Shown here in pieces: positions 1 through 9,268 of a DNA stretch of 32,000 nucleotides (the first letter of the stretch is position 1; every line of letters starts with the position of its first letter). The notes under the pieces were generated by a model, which was given only the letters and a program-made list of their open reading frames with translations, was not told where the DNA came from and did not search any database. A program made the position numbers and the translations under genes. This DNA comes from Bifidobacterium longum subsp. longum JCM 1217 (GTDB lineage Bacteria > Actinomycetota > Actinomycetes > Actinomycetales > Bifidobacteriaceae): positions 960,001 to 992,000 of the forward strand of contig NC_015067.1 of NCBI RefSeq assembly GCF_000196555.1, given 5' to 3'.

Positions 1-708
1 GGCATTATCCGTAAACTGCGAGACCACGGAACTGTATCCGCAATCGGAAATCGCGGCGACGACGTTGCGGGGGAGTCGCGCATCGCCGGCCGCCATCATC
101 ACCGTGGCGGCGCCCATCGAATTGCCATGCAACAGAATGCGTGCATCCGGATCAGCTGCGGTGATCAGCGAAACCCAGCCCAACAGATCGTCGCTTTCCA
201 GCAATCCCATACCCACGTAACGCCCTTCGCTCAACTCATGGGCGCGCTGCGCGGGTAGCAGGACCGTAAAACCGAGTTGCGCATAGCGATGCGCCCATTT
301 GGCCATTTCCGCGGGCTCTCCGGCATAGCCATGGCAGCAGATCGCGTATAGATGCGGCTGTGGGTCGGAACAATCCGGGTCCAACAGCCAGCCGTGGAGT
401 TTCAATCCATCATGGCTGCGCAGCGTGACCGATTGCTTGGCCTCCTCGAACCACCGGGCGGCCTCAAGCTGCTCGGACATGTCGAATTCGATGCCTTTCG
501 GTGTCTCCTCGTGCGGCATGTTGAACATCGAACGTTTGGCCTTGGTGTCCAGCGCGAACGTGAACATGACGTTGGCGGCCGCGGCTGTGACGCCGGCTCC
601 TGTGGCGGCTATCGCGGCAAGTGCCGCAGCCATACCCCTGACAACGCGAGTGTGTGCGGCGATGACGTCATGGCCATCCTCATTGATGACGTCGTCCGAA
701 CGAGTCAT
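1..708 (-). CDS. alpha/beta hydrolase, partial (C-terminus lies beyond the left window edge)
   Basis: Minus-strand frame is open from position 1 to the ATG at 706-708 (checked triplet by triplet; not in the ORF track). GGGAGG SD just upstream. Translation MTRSDDVINEDGHDV... has an N-terminal hydrophobic segment and a GxSxG nucleophile elbow (LLHGNSMGAATVMMAAG). Confidence 0.7.
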   Translation of the reverse strand, partial: MTRSDDVINEDGHDVIAAHTRVVRGMAAALAAIAATGAGVTAAAANVMFTFALDTKAKRSMFNMPHEETPKGIEFDMSEQLEAARWFEEAKQSVTLRSHDGLKLHGWLLDPDCSDPQPHLYAICCHGYAGEPAEMAKWAHRYAQLGFTVLLPAQRAHELSEGRYVGMGLLESDDLLGWVSLITAADPDARILLHGNSMGAATVMMAAGDARLPRNVVAAISDCGYSSVVSQFTDNA

Positions 709-736
709 ATCAACCTCCCGATACGGTACTCACCAT

Positions 737-905
737 CGTACGTTATTTTCGAAATCATCCCCAACTTCGTGAAAGACCGTACACTGAGTGTCGCTGAGCG
801 TACGATTTTCACGAAATGGCGGACGATTTCGTGAAAACCGTACGTTGAGAACGGGTAAGCGTACGTTCTTCACAAAGTTAGGGATTATTTCGCGGAAACC
901 GTACG
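737..905. repeat. Array of three 46-nt hairpin (REP-like) units, 61-62-nt period
   Basis: Units 737-783, 799-844, 860-905. Each is CGTACG.TT.TTCACGAAAT, an ~8-nt loop, then ATTTCGTGAAAACCGTACG, with 15-nt linkers. Same family at 14377-14466 and 15631-15832. Confidence 0.85.
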
Positions 906-1057
906 TTGACGTGGCTGGGACGGCCGGGATGCAGTGTCATCGAAGCATCACCGCGCCAAAGTCCGGAGTTGGCGTATACTTGACAATTGTTGCTTTGGCG
1001 AGGGAAGTGTGCGTGCTGACACATGACACAGCTTCCGTTATCGACTCGGTGTATTTC

Positions 1058-1129
1058 ACTCCTTGTAGGGTGTCTTTCGGCGTGTCGTGGCGTCTGAGCG
1101 AGACAGAACGAAACGAAACTACAAGGAGT
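1058..1129 (+). promoter_or_regulatory. Candidate rplY leader helix that sequesters the Shine-Dalgarno
   Basis: ACTCCTTGTAG (1058-1068) is the perfect reverse complement of CTACAAGGAGT (1119-1129). The latter contains the AAGGAG SD (1123-1128), 8 nt before the ATG at 1137. Confidence 0.35.
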
Positions 1130-1136
1130 ATCCATT

Positions 1137-1757
1137 ATGGCTACCACCATTAAGCTTGAGGGCGAGGCCCGTTCCGAGTTCGGCAAGGGCGTTGCTCGTC
1201 GTCTGCGCGTTGCCAACAAGATTCCGGCCACCATCTACGCCGGCGGCGAAGAGCCCGCCTTCGTGACCTTGCCGATGCGCGAGACCACCCTGGCCCTGCG
1301 TCACACCAACGCCCTGTTCACCATCGCCTTCGACGGCAACACCAAGATGGCCGTCGTCAAGGACGTGCAGAAGAACCCGGTCAAGCGCATCATCGAGCAC
1401 GTTGACTTCCTTGAGGTCAAGGCCGGTGAGAAGATCGACGTCGAGGTGCCGGTCTTCGTTGAAGGCACCCCGAAGGGCGCTGCTGTGGCATTCGTCGACA
1501 TTCAGGAGCTCAAGGTTCGCGCTGACGTCGCCAACCTGCCTGAGAAGATCGTTGTGAGCGTCGAGGGCCTAACCGACGGCACCAAGGTGTTCGCTAAGGA
1601 CGTTGTTCTGCCTGAAGGCGTTGAGCTCGACGTTGAGGACCCGGAAGAGTCCGTCGTCACCGTTGAGGTGCCGGAAGATGCTTCTGAGTCCACCGCCGCT
1701 CCGGAAGCTGCTGCTCCGGCTGCCGACGCTGCTGCTCCGGCTGCCGACGCCAAGTGA
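1137..1757 (+). CDS. rplY: 50S ribosomal protein L25 / general stress protein Ctc
   Basis: 206-aa ORF with AAGGAG SD. N-terminus MATTIKLEGEARSEFGKGVARRLR is typical of the L25/Ctc family, with an Ala/Pro/Asp-rich C-terminal tail. Followed by a strong terminator. Confidence 0.95.
   Translation: MATTIKLEGEARSEFGKGVARRLRVANKIPATIYAGGEEPAFVTLPMRETTLALRHTNALFTIAFDGNTKMAVVKDVQKNPVKRIIEHVDFLEVKAGEKIDVEVPVFVEGTPKGAAVAFVDIQELKVRADVANLPEKIVVSVEGLTDGTKVFAKDVVLPEGVELDVEDPEESVVTVEVPEDASESTAAPEAAAPAADAAAPAADAK
1707..1748 (+). repeat. Perfect 21-bp tandem duplication inside the rplY tail
   Basis: GCTGCTGCTCCGGCTGCCGAC occurs at 1707-1727 and again at 1728-1748, encoding AAAPAAD twice. Confidence 0.9.
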
Positions 1758-1803
1758 GTCGATCGCTTCGATAGCGAACAATTCAGAACATAACTGAAAC
1801 GTG

Positions 1804-1847
1804 GAAGCCCGCAGCCGTTGAGAACGGTGCGGGCTTCTTCGTTTTTT
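1804..1847 (+). terminator. Rho-independent terminator of rplY
   Basis: GAAGCCCGCAGCCGTT / AACGGTGCGGGCTTC stem (1804-1837) followed by TTCGTTTTTT. Confidence 0.75.
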
Positions 1848-1981
1848 CACCATGTGAACTCTGCCACACGAGTAACACATGGGTGTGCAAAAGTATGCAA
1901 CAGAGCTCGCGCCACAAGCGCACAGCACACACCCCATATGGTGGCTTTCGGGCCGCCAAAGTCAAGAAGAAGTAGCTAGTA

Positions 1982-3109
1982 ATGACTGAAAACACGCACC
2001 ACGATCCGGCAGCGCTCGACAAGCTCGCCGAACCGTTCACCGTACTGCCGAACGACAACCCCGCATCCGATGAGAAGCGCCAGTCCCTCATCGACAAGCC
2101 GGCTTTCGGCCAGGTGTTCTCCGACAACATGACCCACATGACCTGGACCAAGGGCGAAGGTTGGTCCGACCGCCGCGTCGAACCGTACGCACCGCTCAAG
2201 ATGGATCCGGGTGCTTCCGTGCTGCACTACGCACAGGAGTGCTTCGAGGGCCTCAAGGCTTACCGTCATGCCGACGGCTCCACCTGGCTGTTCCGCCCGG
2301 ATGCGAACGCCGAGCGTTTCCAGAACTCCGCCAAGCGTCTGTACCTGCCTGAGCTGCCGATTGACGACTTCCTCGGTTCCGTGGCCGCGCTGGTCAAGCG
2401 CGACGCCAACTGGGTGCCGTCCCGCCGCGAGTACACGCTGTACATGCGTCCGTTCATGTTCGCTTCCGAGCCGTTCCTCGGCGTGCGCGCCCCGCAGGAA
2501 GTCGACTACTGCGTGATCGCCTCCCCGTCCGGCCCGTACTTCCCGGGCGGCGTCAAGCCGGTGAGCATCTGGGTTGAAGACAAGTGGTTCCGCACCGGCC
2601 CTGGCGGCACTGGTTTCGCCAAGTGCGGCGGCAACTACGCCGCCTCCCTGCTCGGCGAGTACAAGGGGGTTGAGAACGGCTGCGAGCAGGTGTGCTTCGT
2701 GGACGCCGCCACCAAGACCTACCTCGAAGAGCTCGGTGGCATGAACATGATGGCCGTGCACAAGGATGGCCACGTGGAGACCCCGTCCCTGACCGGTAAC
2801 ATTCTGCCGGGTGTGACCCGTCGCTCCCTGATTCAGCTGCTGCAGGACAAGGGCCACGACGTAGTCGAGACCATGATTGCCCTCGACCAGCTGCTCGAGG
2901 ACATCAAGTCCGGTGAGGTCACCGAGGTGTTCGCTTGCGGCACCGCAGCCATCATCACCCCGATCGGTCGCTTCAAGTCCGAGAAGTTCGATGTCGCCGT
3001 CGCCGACGGCGGCTCCGGCAAGCTCACCTGCGAACTGCGTGACGAGCTGCTCGGCATCCAGCTCGGCGAAGTCGAGGACCCGCACAACTGGATGTGGAAA
3101 GTGTGCTGA
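1982..3109 (+). CDS. ilvE: Branched-chain amino acid aminotransferase (class IV)
   Basis: 375-aa ORF with BCAT-type stretches: ECFEGLKAYR, GTGFAKCGGNYAASLL, EVFACGTAA. Confidence 0.93.
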   Translation: MTENTHHDPAALDKLAEPFTVLPNDNPASDEKRQSLIDKPAFGQVFSDNMTHMTWTKGEGWSDRRVEPYAPLKMDPGASVLHYAQECFEGLKAYRHADGSTWLFRPDANAERFQNSAKRLYLPELPIDDFLGSVAALVKRDANWVPSRREYTLYMRPFMFASEPFLGVRAPQEVDYCVIASPSGPYFPGGVKPVSIWVEDKWFRTGPGGTGFAKCGGNYAASLLGEYKGVENGCEQVCFVDAATKTYLEELGGMNMMAVHKDGHVETPSLTGNILPGVTRRSLIQLLQDKGHDVVETMIALDQLLEDIKSGEVTEVFACGTAAIITPIGRFKSEKFDVAVADGGSGKLTCELRDELLGIQLGEVEDPHNWMWKVC

Positions 3110-3129
3110 ATCGCCTTTTGTTTCTGACT

Positions 3130-3166
3130 AAGACCCCTTGGAACAGCAACAATTCCAAGGGGTCTT
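3130..3166 (+). terminator. Terminator-like hairpin after ilvE (no U-tract)
   Basis: 14-bp perfect stem AAGACCCCTTGGAA (3130-3143) / TTCCAAGGGGTCTT (3153-3166) with a 9-nt loop. The tail GGCGTATT is not T-rich. Confidence 0.45.
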
Positions 3167-3302
3167 GGCGTATTGGAAATGTTCTTGGCTAGAGAGATAC
3201 AGATGGATTTAGCAACATTCCGCAACAAATAATATGATCTAGGTCTTCTGCACGTTGCGGGGGGTGGTTATGGTTCATCCAGATGAGAACAGGAGCAAAC
3301 CT

Positions 3303-4202
3303 ATGAGCAAGATGAGTGACATGACGGAATACCATGCTTCAGCCTACCGTTTGCCGTCAGGCTTCGAACACTGCTCGAAATTGAAGCCGGTGGCTGAGGC
3401 AGCGACGGCGCTGGACCGGGTCAAGGCCGTGGTGGATGTGCTGTATTCGCCGGGCGGCTGCCCGTGGGACGGCAAGCAGACGAACAAGTCGCTGCTCAAG
3501 AATCTGCTCGAGGAAACCTACGAATACGTCGACGCGGTGGAGACTCACGACCGTGACAACATGCGCGAGGAACTGGGTGATGTGTTGCTGCAATCCGTGT
3601 TTCAGGCGCGGGTCTGCGAATCGGATACTGAGGACCCGTTCGGTATTGATGAGGTCGCCGATCGGTTGGTGAACAAGCTCATCACTCGGCATCCGCATGT
3701 GTTTGCGGCTGATGATGCCGGCAATTCCTCTGATTCTTCTGATGCTTTTGATGCTGACAGTAACGACGGGGGAGAAGCTGCCCAACCCGAATCCCCGGAA
3801 GCTGTGCTGGCTCTATGGGAAAAGATGAAACAGCAGGAAAAGCATCGTAAATCCGTGCTTGAGGGCATTTCCCGCGTTCAAGGTGCGTTGCCTCGCGCGG
3901 CCAAAGTCGTTTCTCGTATCTCCAAATCGCCGAATGCTGATAGATTGTTCGCGGCGTTTGATGAGTCGGCTGCGGCTGATGCTCAGCGAGATGATGTACA
4001 TCCTCAAGCGGCGAACCAATCCGAATCAAGCGGCGACAATTCCGCTGAACGGGAGAAGGCCGATGCCTACGCCGATGAAATCCTCGCCGTCGTGCGCAAG
4101 GCCCGCGTTGACGGCATCGATATCGAGTCCGCACTGCGCAATCGCTTGCGTGATGTCGAAGAAAAAGTCGCCTTGATTGAATCAGAAATCAACAACGATT
4201 AA
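3303..4202 (+). CDS. mazG: MazG-family nucleoside triphosphate pyrophosphohydrolase
   Basis: The ORF opens at TTG 3255. ATG 3303 is preferred because AGGAGC lies 6 nt upstream. MazG core motifs are EETYEYVDAVE and REELGDVLLQ. There is an acidic low-complexity linker and a second helical region. Confidence 0.85.
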   Translation: MSKMSDMTEYHASAYRLPSGFEHCSKLKPVAEAATALDRVKAVVDVLYSPGGCPWDGKQTNKSLLKNLLEETYEYVDAVETHDRDNMREELGDVLLQSVFQARVCESDTEDPFGIDEVADRLVNKLITRHPHVFAADDAGNSSDSSDAFDADSNDGGEAAQPESPEAVLALWEKMKQQEKHRKSVLEGISRVQGALPRAAKVVSRISKSPNADRLFAAFDESAAADAQRDDVHPQAANQSESSGDNSAEREKADAYADEILAVVRKARVDGIDIESALRNRLRDVEEKVALIESEINND

Positions 4203-4449
4203 GTCCATACATGTTTTTTGATCACGGATCGTAAAACTTAGAGGTGCTGAGTTGCCAACGACTACCGGCAAGCTGGCGTCATTGCCATCCTATTCACGTC
4301 TTAGTGGCCCCTTCCTCCCCGGCCATACTACTCAGGCAAGGCCTGTTGTAGGCTCGGGTACGACGGGCTGTAGCGCCGAATAAGGATGAACGGGAACAGA
4401 ACGAAGACGGACTGAGACGAACCGAAGCGGTACCAGAGGGGAGTGGCTC
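4203..4449 (+). promoter_or_regulatory. Long (247 nt) leader of the UPF0126 gene with a possible anti-SD hairpin
   Basis: Hairpin GGCC (4306-4309) / GGCC (4321-4324) with loop CCTTCCTCCCC. CTCCCC is complementary to the GGGGAG SD at 4438-4443. No confident riboswitch class can be assigned by eye. Confidence 0.2.
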
Positions 4450-5241
4450 ATGCAGGTGGCGTTGGAGAACAACATCGTTTTTGTGGTCATCGAGTATTTA
4501 GCAATCCTGTGTTGGGGATTATCGGGCGGACTTGCCGCCATTCGCAAGGGCTACGACATCTTCACCATCATGCTGTGCGGATGGCTTACCGCACTCGGCG
4601 GCGGTCTTGTGCGCGACGTGATGCTCGGTGCCCTGCCGCCGGTCGGCATCACCGACAAAGGCTATGTGCTCACCACGCTGTTTTCCGGCATTATCGTGGT
4701 GGTGGCCCATCCGGAGATCACCAAACTCAAATGGACGATGACTGTCATCGATGCTCTGGGCCTCGGACTATTCGCAGTCAGCGGCACCGCAAAAGCTCTG
4801 GCCTACGGTTCCTCAGGCATGACAGCCGTATTCCTTGGCATGTTCACAGCACTGGCCGGCGGCCTCATTCGTGACATCTTCATTGGCGACGTGCCAATGA
4901 TTATTCGAGACAAACACCTCTATGCTGTGCCTTCGTTCATCGGCTGCATCCTGACCGTGCTGGTATGGCGCGGCGTAAGCTACGGCTGGTTCGACATGCG
5001 CTCGGAAATGCTGCTCGACGTGCTGATCGTCATCATCGTGGTGGCGCTGCGACTGCTCTCGGTAGGCTTCAACGTCACTCTGCCCGGAGCCGTCGAACGT
5101 CATCGCGTCTACCTGCCCAGCGAAAGCCGATATCTCAAGCGCCCGGTCATCCATCCGCACGCCGATACCGTCGATCCCGGCGATACCACCAAGGACGAAG
5201 AAGACAAGCCTCAGGATGGTTCAAGGCCGCCTCAGGGCTAA
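4450..5241 (+). CDS. UPF0126 / TRIC-like membrane protein (Pfam Gly_transporter-type)
   Basis: 263-aa hydrophobic ORF with the duplicated family motif (LGGGLVRDV and LAGGLIRDI). GGGGAG SD 6 nt before the ATG. Hydrophilic C-terminal tail. Confidence 0.85.
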   Translation: MQVALENNIVFVVIEYLAILCWGLSGGLAAIRKGYDIFTIMLCGWLTALGGGLVRDVMLGALPPVGITDKGYVLTTLFSGIIVVVAHPEITKLKWTMTVIDALGLGLFAVSGTAKALAYGSSGMTAVFLGMFTALAGGLIRDIFIGDVPMIIRDKHLYAVPSFIGCILTVLVWRGVSYGWFDMRSEMLLDVLIVIIVVALRLLSVGFNVTLPGAVERHRVYLPSESRYLKRPVIHPHADTVDPGDTTKDEEDKPQDGSRPPQG

Positions 5242-5246
5242 CTGTC

Positions 5247-5424
5247 TTCAAAGAGGTACATCTGGCCTTCTGCAGAATGCTAACTGCTTTCAAAGAGGTA
5301 CCTGAAGCACGAAACGTTGAGTATAAGTGTTGCAATGATGGCGTTTATAGTTGGTTTTTCCCGTATTCGGTACCTCTCTGAACGGAGATGTCATTTCGCA
5401 AGACCGCCAATGTACCTCTTTGAA
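5247..5424. repeat. Nested inverted repeats of TTCAAAGAGGTAC between convergent genes
   Basis: Outer pair 5247-5261 (TTCAAAGAGGTACAT) / 5410-5424 (ATGTACCTCTTTGAA) is a perfect 15 bp. Inner pair is 5289-5302 / 5369-5382 with 1 mismatch. The right arms are part of a ~44-bp tandem duplication (GTACCTCTYTGAACGGAGAT...). Confidence 0.7.
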
Positions 5425-5432
5425 CGGAGATA

Positions 5433-5466
5433 CAAAAAGTCCCGCAAGCCAGATGACTTGCGGGAC
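5433..5466 (-). terminator. Rho-independent terminator of rpsT
   Basis: GTCCCGCAAG (5439-5448) / CTTGCGGGAC (5457-5466) stem. On the minus strand it is followed by TTTTTG (5433-5438). Confidence 0.75.
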
Positions 5467-5492
5467 TTTCTAAAACCTTAAGAGGCTTATGC

Positions 5493-5753
5493 TCACAGAG
5501 CGTTGATCGCAACAGCGAGGCCGGACTTGCGGTTGGCGGCCTGGTTCTTGTGGATCACGCCAGCGCCAGCAGCCTTGTCGAGCTTCTGGGCGGCAACCTT
5601 GTAGGCGGCCTCGGCGGCAGCCTTGTCACCGGCGGCGATGGCTTCGCGGGTGGCGCGGATGGCGGTCTTCAGGCCGGACTTCACAGCCACGTTGCGAAGG
5701 TGCGCCTTCTCATTGGTGAGCACGCGCTTCTTCTGCGACTTAATGTTTGCCAC
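5493..5753 (-). CDS. rpsT: 30S ribosomal protein S20
   Basis: 86-aa [24 protein letters not shown]..., GTG start at 5751-5753 with GGAG SD. Confidence 0.95.
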   Translation of the reverse strand: MANIKSQKKRVLTNEKAHLRNVAVKSGLKTAIRATREAIAAGDKAAAEAAYKVAAQKLDKAAGAGVIHKNQAANRKSGLAVAINAL

Positions 5754-5899
5754 GTTTACTCCAAACGATGTGTGTTATAAGGACATACAAAAGTTAGAGG
5801 ATAGCATGAGCCCCGGAAAAACCCGCGCAATGCCACGCCGAATACAGTCCCTCGGCTACACTAGGTGAAGTTTGAGTATATGCCAAGAGGAGGAATGCG

Positions 5900-7779
<1,880 letters not shown>

Positions 7780-7780
<1 letters not shown>

Positions 7781-9189
7781 TGTTCGAGGTCTACATCCAC
7801 GTCCCGTTCTGCTTGCGGCGCTGCGGTTACTGCGACTTCAACACCTACACGGCTACGGATCTTGGTGCGGGGGCCTCGCGCGGCAACTATGCCAATATGG
7901 TCATTCGGGAAATGAAATTGACCAAGCAGTGGCAGCTCGACCACGGCATCGAGGAGCCGCCGGTTTCCACCGTGTTCTTCGGCGGCGGCACCCCCACAAT
8001 TCTCGCCGCCCGCGATCTGGTCGCCATGCTCGATGCCGTCCGCAAGATCTGGAGCATCGCGCCCGACGCGGAAATCACTACCGAAGCCAATCCGGACACG
8101 GTCAACGAGTATTACATCAATGAGCTCGCTGCCGGCGGCTTCACCCGTGTTTCCTTCGGCATGCAATCTGCCGTGCCGCACGTGCTCAAAACCCTCGACC
8201 GCACGCATACGCCGGCCAACGTGGCCGTAGGCGTCAATGCGGCGAACAAGGCTGGGCTGCGCTCCAGCGTGGATCTGATTTACGGCGCTCCGGGGGAGAG
8301 CCTTGACGATTGGCGCACCTCGGTCACGACCGCCATCGATCTTGGCGTAAACCACATCTCCGCCTACGCATTGACCGTGGAACCCACCACGAAAATGGGC
8401 CGTCAAATCGCGGCCGGCACTCTGCCCAAGCCCAATGACGATGACGAGGCCGCTAAATACGAGATCGCTGACGACCTGTTCGCCGCCGCCGGCCTCGAAT
8501 GGTATGAGGTCTCCAACTGGGCTCGCCCCGGATACGAAAGCCAGCACAACCTCGGCTACTGGCGCAACGTTGATTGGGCCGGTCTAGGGCCAGGTGCCCA
8601 CTCCCACTACAACGCGGTGACCGAGGCTGACCACCCCCAGTCGGCTTCGCTGACAGCCCCCGCTGGCGGGAGCAAGTCCGAAGCCATTGCCTCTGCCTCA
8701 GCTGATGGACAGGCCAACGCCGAACTAGGTATGATCAACGCGCATGGGAACAACTCCCAAGAAATTCATGCCCCCGCTGGCGGGGGTTGTCCGGCGGATG
8801 CCGGACTGGGGGTGGTTTCTGTCTCACACGGTCTGCGCAGCTGGGACATCGCGCACCCGCGTTTGTGGGGCACGGCCATCAACGAGAACCGTGTGCCGTG
8901 GGCCGATAGCGAGACGATCACTCCCGAGGAAAACCTCGAAGAGCTCATCATGCTCGGGCTGCGCCTGCACGAGGGCCTTGACCTCGACCGCATCAACCGC
9001 GCCATCAACGATGCGGGTATGAGCAGCACGCCCCAGACTCTCCGTAATGTTTCCCTTGACCAACTCGCCCCAATGGTCAGCGAAGGCCTGATTACCGTAT
9101 CCGATAATCATCGAGTGGTGCCCACTCGTCGTGGCCGGTTGCTCAATGACTCGGTAATCGAACAGTTCTTCGATTTCGTCGGTGTATGA
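7780..9189 (+). CDS. hemW: Radical SAM heme chaperone HemW / oxygen-independent coproporphyrinogen-III oxidase-like protein
   Basis: GTG start overlaps the lepA TAG by 1 nt (TAGTG). Radical-SAM CxxxCxxC motif ([10 protein letters not shown]). 469 aa, including a ~63-aa low-complexity insertion that coincides with a repeat element at 8629-8817. Confidence 0.88.
8629..8817. repeat. Inverted pair of GC-rich structured repeat units inside the hemW reading frame (MITE-like)
   Basis: Left unit 8629-8673 in reverse orientation (GACCACCCCCAGTCGGCTTCGCTGACAGCCCCCGCTGGCGGGAGC). Right unit 8770-8817 in forward orientation (GCCCCCGCTGGCGGGGGTTGTCCGGCGGATGCCGGACTGGGGGTGGTT). The termini are inverted repeats, and the span is 189 nt, a multiple of 3. 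Confidence 0.7.
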
Positions 9190-9268
9190 GTCGGTGGTAT
9201 GGTGCGCGGCAGTCGCCATTACCTGTTCGCTAGTTGTGGTTACACCGTCAGAGGGAGCTATTTTTGTT

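Noticed and set aside
352-834. Plus-strand ORFs 352-834 and 425-772
   Set aside because: They are antisense to the alpha/beta hydrolase, whose minus-strand frame is open to the window edge and carries a GxSxG motif. Their 3-prime parts run into the repeat array.
788-1153. Track ORFs running through the hairpin arrays (788-1153, 14342-14527, 15738-15932) that share peptide strings such as RTFFTKLG.ISRKPY
   Set aside because: The shared peptides are simply the repeat units translated. There is no SD, the starts are GTG/TTG within linkers, and the similarity follows the DNA repeat boundaries.
1976-3085. 369-aa minus-strand ORF opposite ilvE (similar cases: 5861-6628, 7777-8547, 28417-29616, 30761-31834)
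   Set aside because: Each is a mirror ORF of a clearly homologous plus-strand gene. They have no SD and no family motifs, and their composition is typical of antisense frames in high-GC DNA.
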